Source: Thermodesulfobacteriota bacterium (GTDB taxonomy: Bacteria > Desulfobacterota > Desulfobacteria > Desulfobacterales > SURF-7). Taken from it: a DNA stretch of 64,000 nt. The stretch covers positions 1 through 64,000 of the forward strand of contig JBMORA010000018.1 of assembly GCA_049320885.1 (NCBI GenBank). The letters are read 5' to 3'. Below, one piece after another: positions 38,847-48,179 of this stretch. Every line of letters begins with the position of its first letter. Positions within the stretch are counted from its first letter, which is position 1. The translations under genes and the position numbers were made by a program. The notes beneath the pieces were generated by a model. That model saw only the letters and a list, made by a program, of their open reading frames with translations, searched no databases and was not told the DNA's origin.

Positions 38847-39242
38847 CTACCAGATCGTGGAGATATAATTCGCCTCCGACAGATACGCATCGGCGGTCAC
38901 AAGTTTTGCCTTTTTTACAATAGCCGTAGCGGCAATAATTCTGTCGGCAATGTCAAGACCGGGCTTGAAAGGCAGACTGGCTGCCCGCATTGCGATGTCC
39001 GCCGTCAGGCCGCATAGTTCATACTTATTCGATTTTAATATTAAATCGATGAACTGCTCATATTCAATATTGATCGAAAGCATTTTGCTTTCAAACATCA
39101 AGGCGATTTCGATCATGGAGATTTCACAAAAAATAATGCCATCCTTTTTATTGGCTTTGGTGATCTCAGTTTTAGCTCTTGCTGAAAGCATCTCCGGCTT
39201 CAATGCATCCCAGATAATCGCATGTGTGTCCAGGATGATCAT
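38847..39242 (-). CDS. PIN-domain toxin (VapC family)
   Basis: IILDTH start, ISMIEI, DIADRIIAATA, LVTAD. Confidence 0.88.
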   Translation of the reverse strand: MIILDTHAIIWDALKPEMLSARAKTEITKANKKDGIIFCEISMIEIALMFESKMLSINIEYEQFIDLILKSNKYELCGLTADIAMRAASLPFKPGLDIADRIIAATAIVKKAKLVTADAYLSEANYISTIW

Positions 39243-39469
39243 CGGGCACTTTCTCCATCTACTTCCTTCCTGTTAACGATATCCCCCACCGCTGCCCCCT
39301 CCCTCAGCTCCTTCAACGCCTCCCTTGCCGATTTCATATGATGTGATACCGGTGTCACGACAGCGATGGATTTGCCTCGCGAAGTAATTGTGATGCTTTC
39401 CCCACGCTCCACGCGCTTAAGAAATGCCAATAGATTTTCCCTGAATTTACTGACTCCTACATGTTCCAT
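39239..39469 (-). CDS. Phd/YefM family antitoxin
   Basis: VGVSKFRENL...RVERGESITITSRGKSIA; 4-nt overlap with the toxin gene. Confidence 0.88.
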   Translation of the reverse strand: MEHVGVSKFRENLLAFLKRVERGESITITSRGKSIAVVTPVSHHMKSAREALKELREGAAVGDIVNRKEVDGESAR

Positions 39470-39582
39470 TTTCGATTTTCAACTTGAGCGCATTATACCA
39501 GGAAGCTGGTATGGATTTTTAACCGTTGAACTTGGAGTTTGAAGTTTCTATATAGCTCCGCCCCTTGACTTGCATCTTTAAA

Positions 39583-39599
39583 ACAATATAATATATTGT
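39583..39599. promoter_or_regulatory. AT-rich palindrome upstream of the TA operon (possible operator)
   Basis: ACAATATA-A-TATATTGT perfect inverted repeat about 115 bp upstream of the antitoxin start. Confidence 0.4.
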
Positions 39600-39652
39600 A
39601 ATAATTTATAATTTATCATAACCATCGCGACCACCGCGAATGGATACGGTTC

Positions 39653-39838
39653 TCACAACCGTGTGAGAACTCCGCTAGGTAACGGTATGGGGCCGGTTAA
39701 TTCTGTACAAATGTCCATGTCCCGGCAGTCCGGGTTTTCAAAAAAGGGTTCAAAAAAATAAGCGAAAACAACCCTGGCGTTTTTTTCCAGAATGCGGTTT
39801 ACTTTGGCGAGATCAACGGCTTGGCCGGCAAGTTCCAT
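39653..39838 (-). pseudogene. Degenerate minimal nucleotidyltransferase (MNT antitoxin-like) remnant
   Basis: VVFAYFFEPF...RDMDI resembles the FAYLFGS...DxD motif with GS lost; short frame. Confidence 0.5.
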
Positions 39839-40324
39839 ATTCACTATCGTTTTCTTCGCACCCGTTCGTGGCAGAAATAATTTGTACAATCTTATCGTAC
39901 AAATATAATAAAAAAGCAAGCTTTTTGTAATGGTTACAATTTTTTGTTAAAGTACCGCACGCGGCATGGGAAATCGCAGCCCATGCCGCACGTCCCATGC
40001 GCACAAATTGGTATTGATCGCATGGGATTGTTAGGATCGTGTTTTCTTCCTGTGCCGACAGGATAGTTTCGCATGCCAATGGTTCCGGCGAGCCAGCCGA
40101 TTAATCGGCAGGAAGGCAACCGATTGCAGGTTTGCCTTGACTATTCTGCAATGTATTGATGAAAACCGAACAGCATATGGATGGCGTTTCCGTGGTTTCC
40201 GCCTATCGATGGTCAGGGGAACTGAGTGCATAACCAACCCTTCATCCGGAATGAAGCGCAGGCCAGTTCCCATGAAACCGCTTGAAGGGCCGATTGGATA
40301 CAAGCTGCTGTAATTACGTTGCCC

Positions 40325-40353
40325 TTGACACACAAACGTCTTTGACATATTCT
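40325..40353 (+). promoter_or_regulatory. sigma70-type promoter for the DAGK-led operon
   Basis: TTGACA-N17-TATTCT. Confidence 0.55.
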
Positions 40354-40441
40354 TGATTTTCACAACAACCGGGTCAGGCCGGACAGCACCGCACATCCAT
40401 CGGCAGGCATACGTTTTTTATCTGGATACGGGAGTTGCGTC

Positions 40442-41329
40442 TTGAAGATACTGATCATCGCCAATCCGATTGCCAGCGGGGGCGATGCGGGAAAGCGAGC
40501 CGAACGGCTTTCCGCCATCCTGGAACAGCGCGGGCATCGAACCGAACTGCATCTAACCCGATTCGCCGGCGATGGACGGCAGCGTGTGGCCCGGACCACC
40601 GGCGACGTCGACCGGATCGTCATCGTGGGCGGCGACGGCACCTTCAATGAAGTCCTCAACGGCATCCCGGAAGGGTGCTCCATCCCCGTGGCTCAATTGC
40701 CCACCGGCAACGCCAATCTCCTGGCCCATGATCTCGCCCTGCCGAAAGAACCCCTGGACACCGCGAATCTTCTGGAAAACGGCCGCATCCTGATGGCGGA
40801 TACAGCCAGGATGAACCGACACAAATTCATCATGATCGCCAGCGCCGGGTTTGACGCCAGGGTGACGGAAGAATTGAAAAAAGTCCGGACCGGAAGGGCA
40901 AGCAATTTCAGTTATATTCTCCCTGCTTTCCGGGCGCTTCGCAACAAGGAACGCACGTCTTTCACCGCTGTGGTGGATGACCGGGTGTTTGTCAAAGGGC
41001 AATGGGTGGTTGTTTGTAAAACCCGCAGTTACGGCGCCATCTGCGAGATGGCTTTCGACGCCGGGGTCGACACCGGCCTCTTGGATATCATCGTGCTGCC
41101 TTGGGAAAACGCCGGCGCTTTGCTGCTGTATTTCCTGCTGGCCAAATTCAGCCGCATCACCCGGCTGAGTCAGGTCAGCTACCTGAAAGGGAAAAAAGTC
41201 GCCATCACGGCCGATGCGCCCATTCCCATGGAGGTCGACGGCGATTTTGCCGGAAGATTTCCGGAAGTGATCATTGAAATCCTTCCGGGCTGCCTGCCCC
41301 TGATGGTGCCGCAGCACTATAACTATTGA
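40442..41329 (+). CDS. Diacylglycerol/lipid kinase family protein (YegS/DgkB-like)
   Basis: IANPIASG, GGDGTFNEV, LPTGNAN, GFDA, EVDGD. Confidence 0.92.
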   Translation: MKILIIANPIASGGDAGKRAERLSAILEQRGHRTELHLTRFAGDGRQRVARTTGDVDRIVIVGGDGTFNEVLNGIPEGCSIPVAQLPTGNANLLAHDLALPKEPLDTANLLENGRILMADTARMNRHKFIMIASAGFDARVTEELKKVRTGRASNFSYILPAFRALRNKERTSFTAVVDDRVFVKGQWVVVCKTRSYGAICEMAFDAGVDTGLLDIIVLPWENAGALLLYFLLAKFSRITRLSQVSYLKGKKVAITADAPIPMEVDGDFAGRFPEVIIEILPGCLPLMVPQHYNY

Positions 41330-41353
41330 ACACTGCCAATAAGGATACTGCAG

Positions 41354-42493
41354 ATGAAACGATCAAGCATTTTTCTTCTCTGTTTTCTGATTCTGGTGTG
41401 CGGTCATGATATCGGAGCCGCTGCGGAAAACGACCCCGTAACCGTCACCGGTATGGCGGCGGCGAACAGCCCCAACGCCCGGGACCAGGCCTTGAAGGAC
41501 GCTTTCCGGATGGCCATCGAACAGGCGGTGGGGGTCAACGTGACCGCCGACTCCGTCATCAAGAACAACACCCTGCTGAAAGACGAAATCTACGCGCACT
41601 CCGAAGGGTTCATTGAAAAATGGGATATCGTCAAGGAAGACACCAGCCATGGCAACCTGACCCTGACAGTCAAGGCCTGGGTTCGGGAGGGGCGATTGAA
41701 CAAAACCTTGTTTCTCAACGGCCTGGATGTCAAAAAGATCTATTCCTGGATCGGCGAACCCCGGGTGCTGATCATGATGCAGGAATTCACGGACAACCAG
41801 GTTTCGGAAATGGGTATTTCCCAGACCGAACTGGAAAACGAATTCATTGAAAAAGGCATCGATGTCTTCAACCAGATGCAGATCGCCGAAATCAACGCCC
41901 GGGACAAGGAGCTTGCCTTCAAGGATGCCAAGGCCGCCGTGACTCTCGGTAAACGCTTCGGGGCCGAAATCGTGGTTTCGGGAAAATGTATCGCCAATTT
42001 CAGCCGGGAAATCCCCATCGGCCAGTTCAAGATGAATTTCTATTCCACGATCATGCAAATCCGGGCATACAGCACGGCCACCGGCAAACTGATCCATTCC
42101 GCGAACTACAGCAGCCCCAAACGCGGTGATACGAGCGCCATGGGAAAATTCGACGCGGCGGTCAACTCCATCAAGGCCACCCTTGCGGCCTCCAAATCCG
42201 ATATCCTCTACCGGATTGTCAAGAACTGGTATGATGATTTTTCCCAACCCAAAACCTACCAGGTCATGGTCCGGAACCTGAATTACAGTGATCTGGAAAA
42301 ACTGAAACAGCAGTTCTATACCTTTGAAGGTTTTCAGAAGTTGCTGGTGAGAAGTTTTGCCAACAACATCGCCGAGATCGATATCCGGTACGAAAGCCTG
42401 CGCGGAGATTTCATGAAGGATATCCAGAAACCGGAGTTCCCGTATCGCATCACCCAGCAGGAACAAAACCGAATTCATTTGGAGCACAAATAA
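41354..42493 (+). CDS. Secreted protein with FlgT N-terminal-like domain and CsgG/TolB-N-like middle domain
   Basis: Signal peptide; ARDQALKDAFRMAIEQAVGV...SEGFI; PRVLI...LGKRFGAEIVVSG. Confidence 0.65.
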   Translation: MKRSSIFLLCFLILVCGHDIGAAAENDPVTVTGMAAANSPNARDQALKDAFRMAIEQAVGVNVTADSVIKNNTLLKDEIYAHSEGFIEKWDIVKEDTSHGNLTLTVKAWVREGRLNKTLFLNGLDVKKIYSWIGEPRVLIMMQEFTDNQVSEMGISQTELENEFIEKGIDVFNQMQIAEINARDKELAFKDAKAAVTLGKRFGAEIVVSGKCIANFSREIPIGQFKMNFYSTIMQIRAYSTATGKLIHSANYSSPKRGDTSAMGKFDAAVNSIKATLAASKSDILYRIVKNWYDDFSQPKTYQVMVRNLNYSDLEKLKQQFYTFEGFQKLLVRSFANNIAEIDIRYESLRGDFMKDIQKPEFPYRITQQEQNRIHLEHK

Positions 42494-42494
42494 T

Positions 42495-44003
42495 ATGAAA
42501 GCAGGACTTCTTTTCGGAACGGCGGCTCTCTGTCTCGCTCTTTGGGCAGGCGACTCTCCGGCGGCCCCCATGTTTTCCGACGCCATCAAAAACAAAACCC
42601 GTATCATGCTCATCGTTTCCGATGGCGGCAATGCCGGCGATTTCGTCGATTATGCCGAGAACCTGCTCAAAAAAGGGTTCAAACAAAAAGGCGCGATGAT
42701 CATCAACCCGGAAATAATGAAGAAAATCAAGGAAGACAAGTTGCTCTGGGAAGCTATCCAGAACGGCAACGCCACCGCCATGGCCAAAATCAGCACCGAT
42801 TACGGCGCCGTGATTCTGGCAAGGGGCACGCTTTCCGTGGACGCCCGCCAGCGGTTCGCCGCCTCCTGGGAAGGGTCGGCCTCTCTCAGCCTTTTGGCCG
42901 TTGACACCAAGACGGCCGAGGAAATCGCCAACATCACCAGCGATCCGCTGGGTACCACCATGAGCCCGGCGCCCATGGAAGATTCGCCCCTCATCGCCAA
43001 GCAGATCGCGGTTCAAAAAGTGTGCGACAATGTGCTGATGAAAGCCGGGCTGAGCTCCGGCGAGGAAGACATCACCGGGGCCGCATCCGTTCAGCTGGAA
43101 TTATACGACGTCTTCGATCTGAGCGACCGGCCGGCCGCTTTGGTCTTTTCCATGGACGGCAAGAAACTCTTCGTTTCCTCCGGCAGCAACGTTCAGGTCT
43201 TTGGACTTCTCGAACGCAAGGTCCTCAGCACCCTGGAACTGAATGAGACCGGCTGCGTACTGGATGTGAGCCCCAACGGCCGCTTTCTGGCAACAGTGGA
43301 CACCGGCGGAATGCTTTATGTCTGGGATGCTGACAGCGGCAGCCTCAAAACAAAAACGGAAACCGCCGCCGGCGCAGCCACCGCAATAGCTTTCCGGCCG
43401 GACTCGGCCACCGTGGCCCTGGCTGGAGACGATTACAAGATCCACCTCGTGAACACCATGAGCGGCAAGGAAACCGCTGCCTTTGAAGGGCATCAGGACA
43501 TGATCAACTCCCTGGCCTTCACCCCCAACGGCGATCACCTGATTTCCGCTTCCCAGGACCTCTCCACGAGGTGGTGGGACGTAAACGTCAAACGCGAAAA
43601 AAAGGCCCTGACCGAAAACACGGACAAACTCTTGCGCATGTCCCTGAGCCAGGATGGCTCCCTGGTGGCCCTGAGCACGGTGGATATCCATATCGACCTG
43701 ATGCGCAATACCCGCAAGGACGTCCGCCACATCAAGGTGCGCAACACGGTTACCGGAGAGGAAATCCGCACCCTGGACGGCCACAGCAAAGATATCACGA
43801 CCCTGAACTTTCACGCCAGCAAACGCTTCTTGGCTTCCGGGGCCGTCGATGACAGCGTTCGCATCTGGGATGTGCAAAAAGGCGATATGGTGTCACAACA
43901 AGATTTGGGCGGCGATGTCATCCAGGTGGTGTTCAGCCGTGACAGCAAATGGCTGGCGGCCGTTTCCGACGACCATAAATTGACTGTCTGGAAATTGCGG
44001 TGA
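42495..44003 (+). CDS. Secreted WD40-repeat protein with N-terminal alpha/beta domain
   Basis: Signal peptide; repeated GH...WD units (GHQDMINSLAF...SASQDLSTRWWD; GHSKDITTL...SGAVDDSVRIWD). Confidence 0.85.
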   Translation: MKAGLLFGTAALCLALWAGDSPAAPMFSDAIKNKTRIMLIVSDGGNAGDFVDYAENLLKKGFKQKGAMIINPEIMKKIKEDKLLWEAIQNGNATAMAKISTDYGAVILARGTLSVDARQRFAASWEGSASLSLLAVDTKTAEEIANITSDPLGTTMSPAPMEDSPLIAKQIAVQKVCDNVLMKAGLSSGEEDITGAASVQLELYDVFDLSDRPAALVFSMDGKKLFVSSGSNVQVFGLLERKVLSTLELNETGCVLDVSPNGRFLATVDTGGMLYVWDADSGSLKTKTETAAGAATAIAFRPDSATVALAGDDYKIHLVNTMSGKETAAFEGHQDMINSLAFTPNGDHLISASQDLSTRWWDVNVKREKKALTENTDKLLRMSLSQDGSLVALSTVDIHIDLMRNTRKDVRHIKVRNTVTGEEIRTLDGHSKDITTLNFHASKRFLASGAVDDSVRIWDVQKGDMVSQQDLGGDVIQVVFSRDSKWLAAVSDDHKLTVWKLR

Positions 44004-44089
44004 GACGAAGTACCGGGAATGGAACTCATACAGGCAATCGTCGTTAAACAGAAAACAAACAACCTCAACCAAACAGAAAGGAAAAGGCC

Positions 44090-44647
44090 ATGATGACGAA
44101 AAAAACGACTCTTGCGACAACGGTAACGACAATACTTTATTTTGCGGTTGTAACCTCGGCGTTTGCGAAAATCGATCAGTTGGAAGGCCGCAAGGCCATC
44201 ACCGCCAACGCCAGCTATCAGATCACCTCGGTTGAAAATCAGGACGACGATTCAAAGACCAGCATGGCAACCCTGGGCTTCAGCTACTACCCCAAAAACT
44301 TCCTGGAAACCAAGTTGGCCATGCTGGGAATGAAGGTCGAGTCCGGCGACTTCGACACCACCATCTACAGCCTTGCCGGTGTGGTCAATTTCAACCTGTT
44401 CAAGCCCGGCTGGGTGGCGGTGCCGTATATCGGCGGCCAGCTCGGCATATCTGGCTACGATGCCGGCGAATATGACGATACCGCTCTCTCCTATGGCGGC
44501 CAGGGAGGTGTCAAGTTTTTTCTCAGCGAGGACCTGAGCCTCAACGTGGAATTGAATTATCTGATGACCACGGTCGACGCTGGCGAGGGGGAGGAACTGG
44601 ATGTCGACAACACCAGCGTTCTGCTGGGATTTTCTTACTATTTTTAG
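44090..44647 (+). CDS. Small outer-membrane beta-barrel protein
   Basis: Signal peptide ending AFA, PYIGGQLG, GGVKFF, C-terminal LGFSYYF. Confidence 0.85.
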   Translation: MMTKKTTLATTVTTILYFAVVTSAFAKIDQLEGRKAITANASYQITSVENQDDDSKTSMATLGFSYYPKNFLETKLAMLGMKVESGDFDTTIYSLAGVVNFNLFKPGWVAVPYIGGQLGISGYDAGEYDDTALSYGGQGGVKFFLSEDLSLNVELNYLMTTVDAGEGEELDVDNTSVLLGFSYYF

Positions 44648-44687
44648 CCCCAGACTTCGGCAAATACATATAGGAAAAATATAAGGC

Positions 44688-44713
44688 GCCGCCCGCTGAT
44701 GGCAGCGGGCGGC
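44688..44713. terminator. GC-rich hairpin between convergent genes (possible terminator)
   Basis: GCCGCCCGCTG-ATGG-CAGCGGGCGGC, 11-bp stem; weak U-tract. Confidence 0.5.
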
Positions 44714-44797
44714 CTTGCGAAAACACCTGACGCCGGGATTGTAAACAGTTCCCGGGCGCCTACCCGGTTTCCTCCATCACACCGGATTTATTTTTCC

Positions 44798-45682
44798 CTA
44801 TCCTGCAATCCGCTCCTCCATCCATGCCCAGATGGCCGCAAATGTTTCATCGCGGTTTATTTCGTTGAAATTCTCATGATAGTTGTCGGCATGCACAACC
44901 ATGGTCAACAACTGGGGCGCAATGGTTTTCAGAGCCGCCTGGGATGCCTCGGCATCCGCCAGTTGATCGTCACCCGCGATAACGGCGAACAGGGAAAACA
45001 TGTTCCAGTTCCTCAAATTGGCCAAAACCCAGGCCTGGGTTTTTTCACTTTCCACACCCAGCTTCGCCGTTACTTTGCTGCCCCTGAGCCCGCTTTTCTC
45101 GTCCTCATGATGGCGCCGGGTGATGGCGGCATCCCGGGTGAGCTGATCCGTCAGCGACGGTGGTTTGATGGAAAACGTGGGATACAGAACGGCAATCACC
45201 TTGGATATCTTTTTCAGCACCGCAGAAATTTTTACCCGATTGACGAGCCAGGGAGAAGAAATGATGAATCCCCGGATGTCCTCTTTCTTTCCGAGTGTCA
45301 GACCGTAATACAGGGAAATGAGGGCGCCGTTGGAATGGGAAATGATAAAAATCGGCTTGCCCGGATGGCGGGCTTTCACCCATTCGTAGATTTTGTGGAC
45401 ATCCCTTGTATAGACATCGTAGGATTCGATGTGGAAAAAATTTTTCCCGCCGGGATTGTGCTTGTCATAGGTACCGTGATGCCGCAAATCCGGCGCATAG
45501 GTGGCGACACCCTTTTCCCGGAAATAAAGCGCCGGGGTCACCCAGTCGCCCCCGTGGGCCAGGCCGCCGTGCAAGCCGATCAGGACGGCCTGGATGTCCG
45601 ACTGCGGAAGCCATTCGTATACCAGCAGCTTTGTATCGGCATCCGCCTGAAAAATTTCCGTTTTTGTCTCAGAAAAATTCAT
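44798..45682 (-). CDS. Alpha/beta hydrolase, lysophospholipase/monoacylglycerol lipase family
   Basis: LHGGLAH, DLRHHG, nucleophile motif SHSNG, C-terminal YHENFNE. Confidence 0.88.
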   Translation of the reverse strand: MNFSETKTEIFQADADTKLLVYEWLPQSDIQAVLIGLHGGLAHGGDWVTPALYFREKGVATYAPDLRHHGTYDKHNPGGKNFFHIESYDVYTRDVHKIYEWVKARHPGKPIFIISHSNGALISLYYGLTLGKKEDIRGFIISSPWLVNRVKISAVLKKISKVIAVLYPTFSIKPPSLTDQLTRDAAITRRHHEDEKSGLRGSKVTAKLGVESEKTQAWVLANLRNWNMFSLFAVIAGDDQLADAEASQAALKTIAPQLLTMVVHADNYHENFNEINRDETFAAIWAWMEERIAG

Positions 45683-46036
45683 TCCCCCTCCTGTGGTGGC
45701 GCAGGGCTGAGGCTGCGCCGAACTCGGTTGGCACGTTATGGACCGTCAATTTGTATCGGGTTATACCGGTTTGCAGTCGGAATACCGTTTCCGTCCTATT
45801 GTTGAGACTTAGCTGAAAGGATCACGGCTGTCAAGGAGCTGCCGTTTCATAAAAAGCTCCCCTTGGTTTCTTGTTATCGAAGGATTTGCTTCCGTTCGCC
45901 GCGGTAACCGACAGGTTGTTGAAAAAATCAGTTGACTAACGGATACAAGCCGATATATCGTCAAGTGAAACGTAACACTATTCGTATAACATTTCTTTAT
46001 TTATATTTTATCATGCTATATGGCACTGGAGGCGTG

Positions 46037-46396
46037 ATGAAACTGTGGTCAAGAGGCCTGGGAAGAACGGAAGTGCTCATGGACTTCCGCTACTACAAAC
46101 TGCTCCAAAAGCCCGGAAGCCGGGAACTGTATATCATCGGCCGCATGCGGGATCCCGTGAACTGGGAATTCCGCATCACCCTGCAACCCGAAGATCTGCC
46201 GGGATTCATGAGAATGTTTTTCCATCTTGCCATGCTCAAATTTATTTTCCGGAATATCCACCGGTGCATCATTGATTTCTTTCAACGGAATTCGTCCATC
46301 AGGGCAGAACAGGAACACCTGGAGGAACGGGTTGATTCGGCCTACGAACAGGTGATGAGCGGCGGCAGAACAGCCCGGAGACCCCTCACGCTATAA
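46037..46396 (+). CDS. Small hypothetical protein leading the flavoprotein pair
   Basis: GGAGG RBS then MKLWSRGLGRTEV...; backbone-like codon usage; co-oriented with the two following genes. Confidence 0.75.
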   Translation: MKLWSRGLGRTEVLMDFRYYKLLQKPGSRELYIIGRMRDPVNWEFRITLQPEDLPGFMRMFFHLAMLKFIFRNIHRCIIDFFQRNSSIRAEQEHLEERVDSAYEQVMSGGRTARRPLTL

Positions 46397-46458
46397 AAGA
46401 CGGAAGGCGCGCCGCGCCCCGGGGCTCATCACGAACCAATGCAACGGAAGGAAACACC

Positions 46459-48174
46459 ATGACGGACTACGACGTCATCATCATCGGCGGCGGCATCAAC
46501 GGCCTGACCTGCGCCGCTTATCTGGCCAAGGCCGGTCTGAAAACATTGGTGCTGGAAGCCCGGGGGCAATGCGGCACCCATTGCGACACCACCGAACCGG
46601 GAAGGCCGGGGTTCCTCCACAACCTGCACGCCACCTGGCTGATCAGCGCCATGAGCCCGGCCATGACGGATCTGGAACTGGAAAAATTCGGCCTGGAATG
46701 GCGGGCCACCCGGTACGCCTTCGGCAAAACCTTCGACAACGGCACCAATGTCCTGATCGGCAACGACCCGACCGATACCCTGGCCAATTGGAAGAAGCAT
46801 TCGGAAGTAGATGCCGCGCTGCTGGAAAAAGCCCTGGCCTTCATGCTGCCGCGGATGGCGGAACTCATCGACGCCATGCATACCTGGATCTATACGGCGC
46901 CGGATCTGGCCAAGGAACGCGCCCTGGGGGCGGTATTCGAGGATTTTTTGAACTCCCTGGGCCTTCCCATCCGTTTTGCCGACATTCTCAAACTGAACGG
47001 ATTCGACACCCTGGATCTGATGTACCAGTCGGAACCGATCAAAACCACCATCCAGGCCCTTTCATGGCTGGCCGGCTTTCCGCCCATCCATCCCCGGGTA
47101 GGGACATTGGGTGCATCGGTTTTCGGCAACTTCACCGGCCCGCTTTTTCCGGTGCACACCGCCAAAGGGGGATCTCATGGCCTGACCCACGCCCTGGTCA
47201 AAGCGGCCCTTTCCCACGGCGTCACCATCCTGCCCTGCTGCCCGGTCAGGCAAATCGCCATCCGCAACGGCACGGCCGAGGCCGTAACCCTCTCGGAACA
47301 CGCCGTCTATCCCAATGAAACCTTCACCGCCCGCAGGATAGTCAGCAATCTGACCGTGGCGCCCACTTTCCTTTCGCTGGTGGGCGAAGAGCACCTGCCC
47401 GGGGAACTGGCCGGCCGCATCAAACAATTCTGCTACGAGGATCAGAATATCATTGTGGTCAACTACGCCCTGGACCAGGCGCCCCGGTTTCGATCAGCGG
47501 ATTTCGATCCGGGCATCCAGGAAACATTCATGGGATATTTCGGCGGCAACTCCTCCCAGGCCATGCGGGGGATCATGGAGAGCATCCACAACAAAACCAT
47601 TTACGACGAAATCATCGTTAACTGGTACGTACCCACCCTGGCCGATCCCGGACAGGCGCCGGAAGGCTGCCATGTGGTCAACACCTGGCTGGATGTGCCG
47701 CCCAATCCGGCCCGCTGGAAGGGAAAAAGCATTCAGGGCGGTCTTCAGGCCTGGGATACCTTGAAGTACGAACTGGCGGACGAGATCGACGCCGCCTGGG
47801 AACGCTATGCGCCGGGATTCGGGCGACACGTCCTGGATCGAATCCTGTATTCCCCCCTGGATCAGTTCCGCAACAACCCTTCGGCCGTCATGGGAACCTG
47901 GGCGGGAGGCAGCATGATTCCCGAGCAATTCTATGAAAACCGCCCCGTTCCCGGCGTGCTCAAAGGCGGCGGCTCCCGGACCTTCATCCCCAATCTGTAT
48001 CTATCCAACTCCGTTCATGTGTTCGGGAACTCACTGCTTTCCTCGGGATACATGACCGCTTGCGAGGTGGCGGAGGACGCGGGCGCCAGGGACTGTGACT
48101 GGTGGCGGGCCAAGGCCTTCAACTGGTATGTGGAAAATTCCGCGCGAATTCCCATCAATTCAGGGGTGAGGTGA
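46459..48174 (+). CDS. Phytoene desaturase-family (COG1233) FAD oxidoreductase, subunit 1
   Basis: YDVIIIGGGINGL...YLAKAG...LEAR Rossmann motif, KGGSHGL, RTFIPNLYL. Confidence 0.88.
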   Translation: MTDYDVIIIGGGINGLTCAAYLAKAGLKTLVLEARGQCGTHCDTTEPGRPGFLHNLHATWLISAMSPAMTDLELEKFGLEWRATRYAFGKTFDNGTNVLIGNDPTDTLANWKKHSEVDAALLEKALAFMLPRMAELIDAMHTWIYTAPDLAKERALGAVFEDFLNSLGLPIRFADILKLNGFDTLDLMYQSEPIKTTIQALSWLAGFPPIHPRVGTLGASVFGNFTGPLFPVHTAKGGSHGLTHALVKAALSHGVTILPCCPVRQIAIRNGTAEAVTLSEHAVYPNETFTARRIVSNLTVAPTFLSLVGEEHLPGELAGRIKQFCYEDQNIIVVNYALDQAPRFRSADFDPGIQETFMGYFGGNSSQAMRGIMESIHNKTIYDEIIVNWYVPTLADPGQAPEGCHVVNTWLDVPPNPARWKGKSIQGGLQAWDTLKYELADEIDAAWERYAPGFGRHVLDRILYSPLDQFRNNPSAVMGTWAGGSMIPEQFYENRPVPGVLKGGGSRTFIPNLYLSNSVHVFGNSLLSSGYMTACEVAEDAGARDCDWWRAKAFNWYVENSARIPINSGVR

Positions 48175-48179
48175 GTTCC

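Noticed and set aside
40113..40140. c-di-GMP-I riboswitch (minus strand contains GGCAAACC and GGTTGCC)
   Set aside because: The two motifs are only a few bases apart; the GAAA tetraloop stem and second stem are missing
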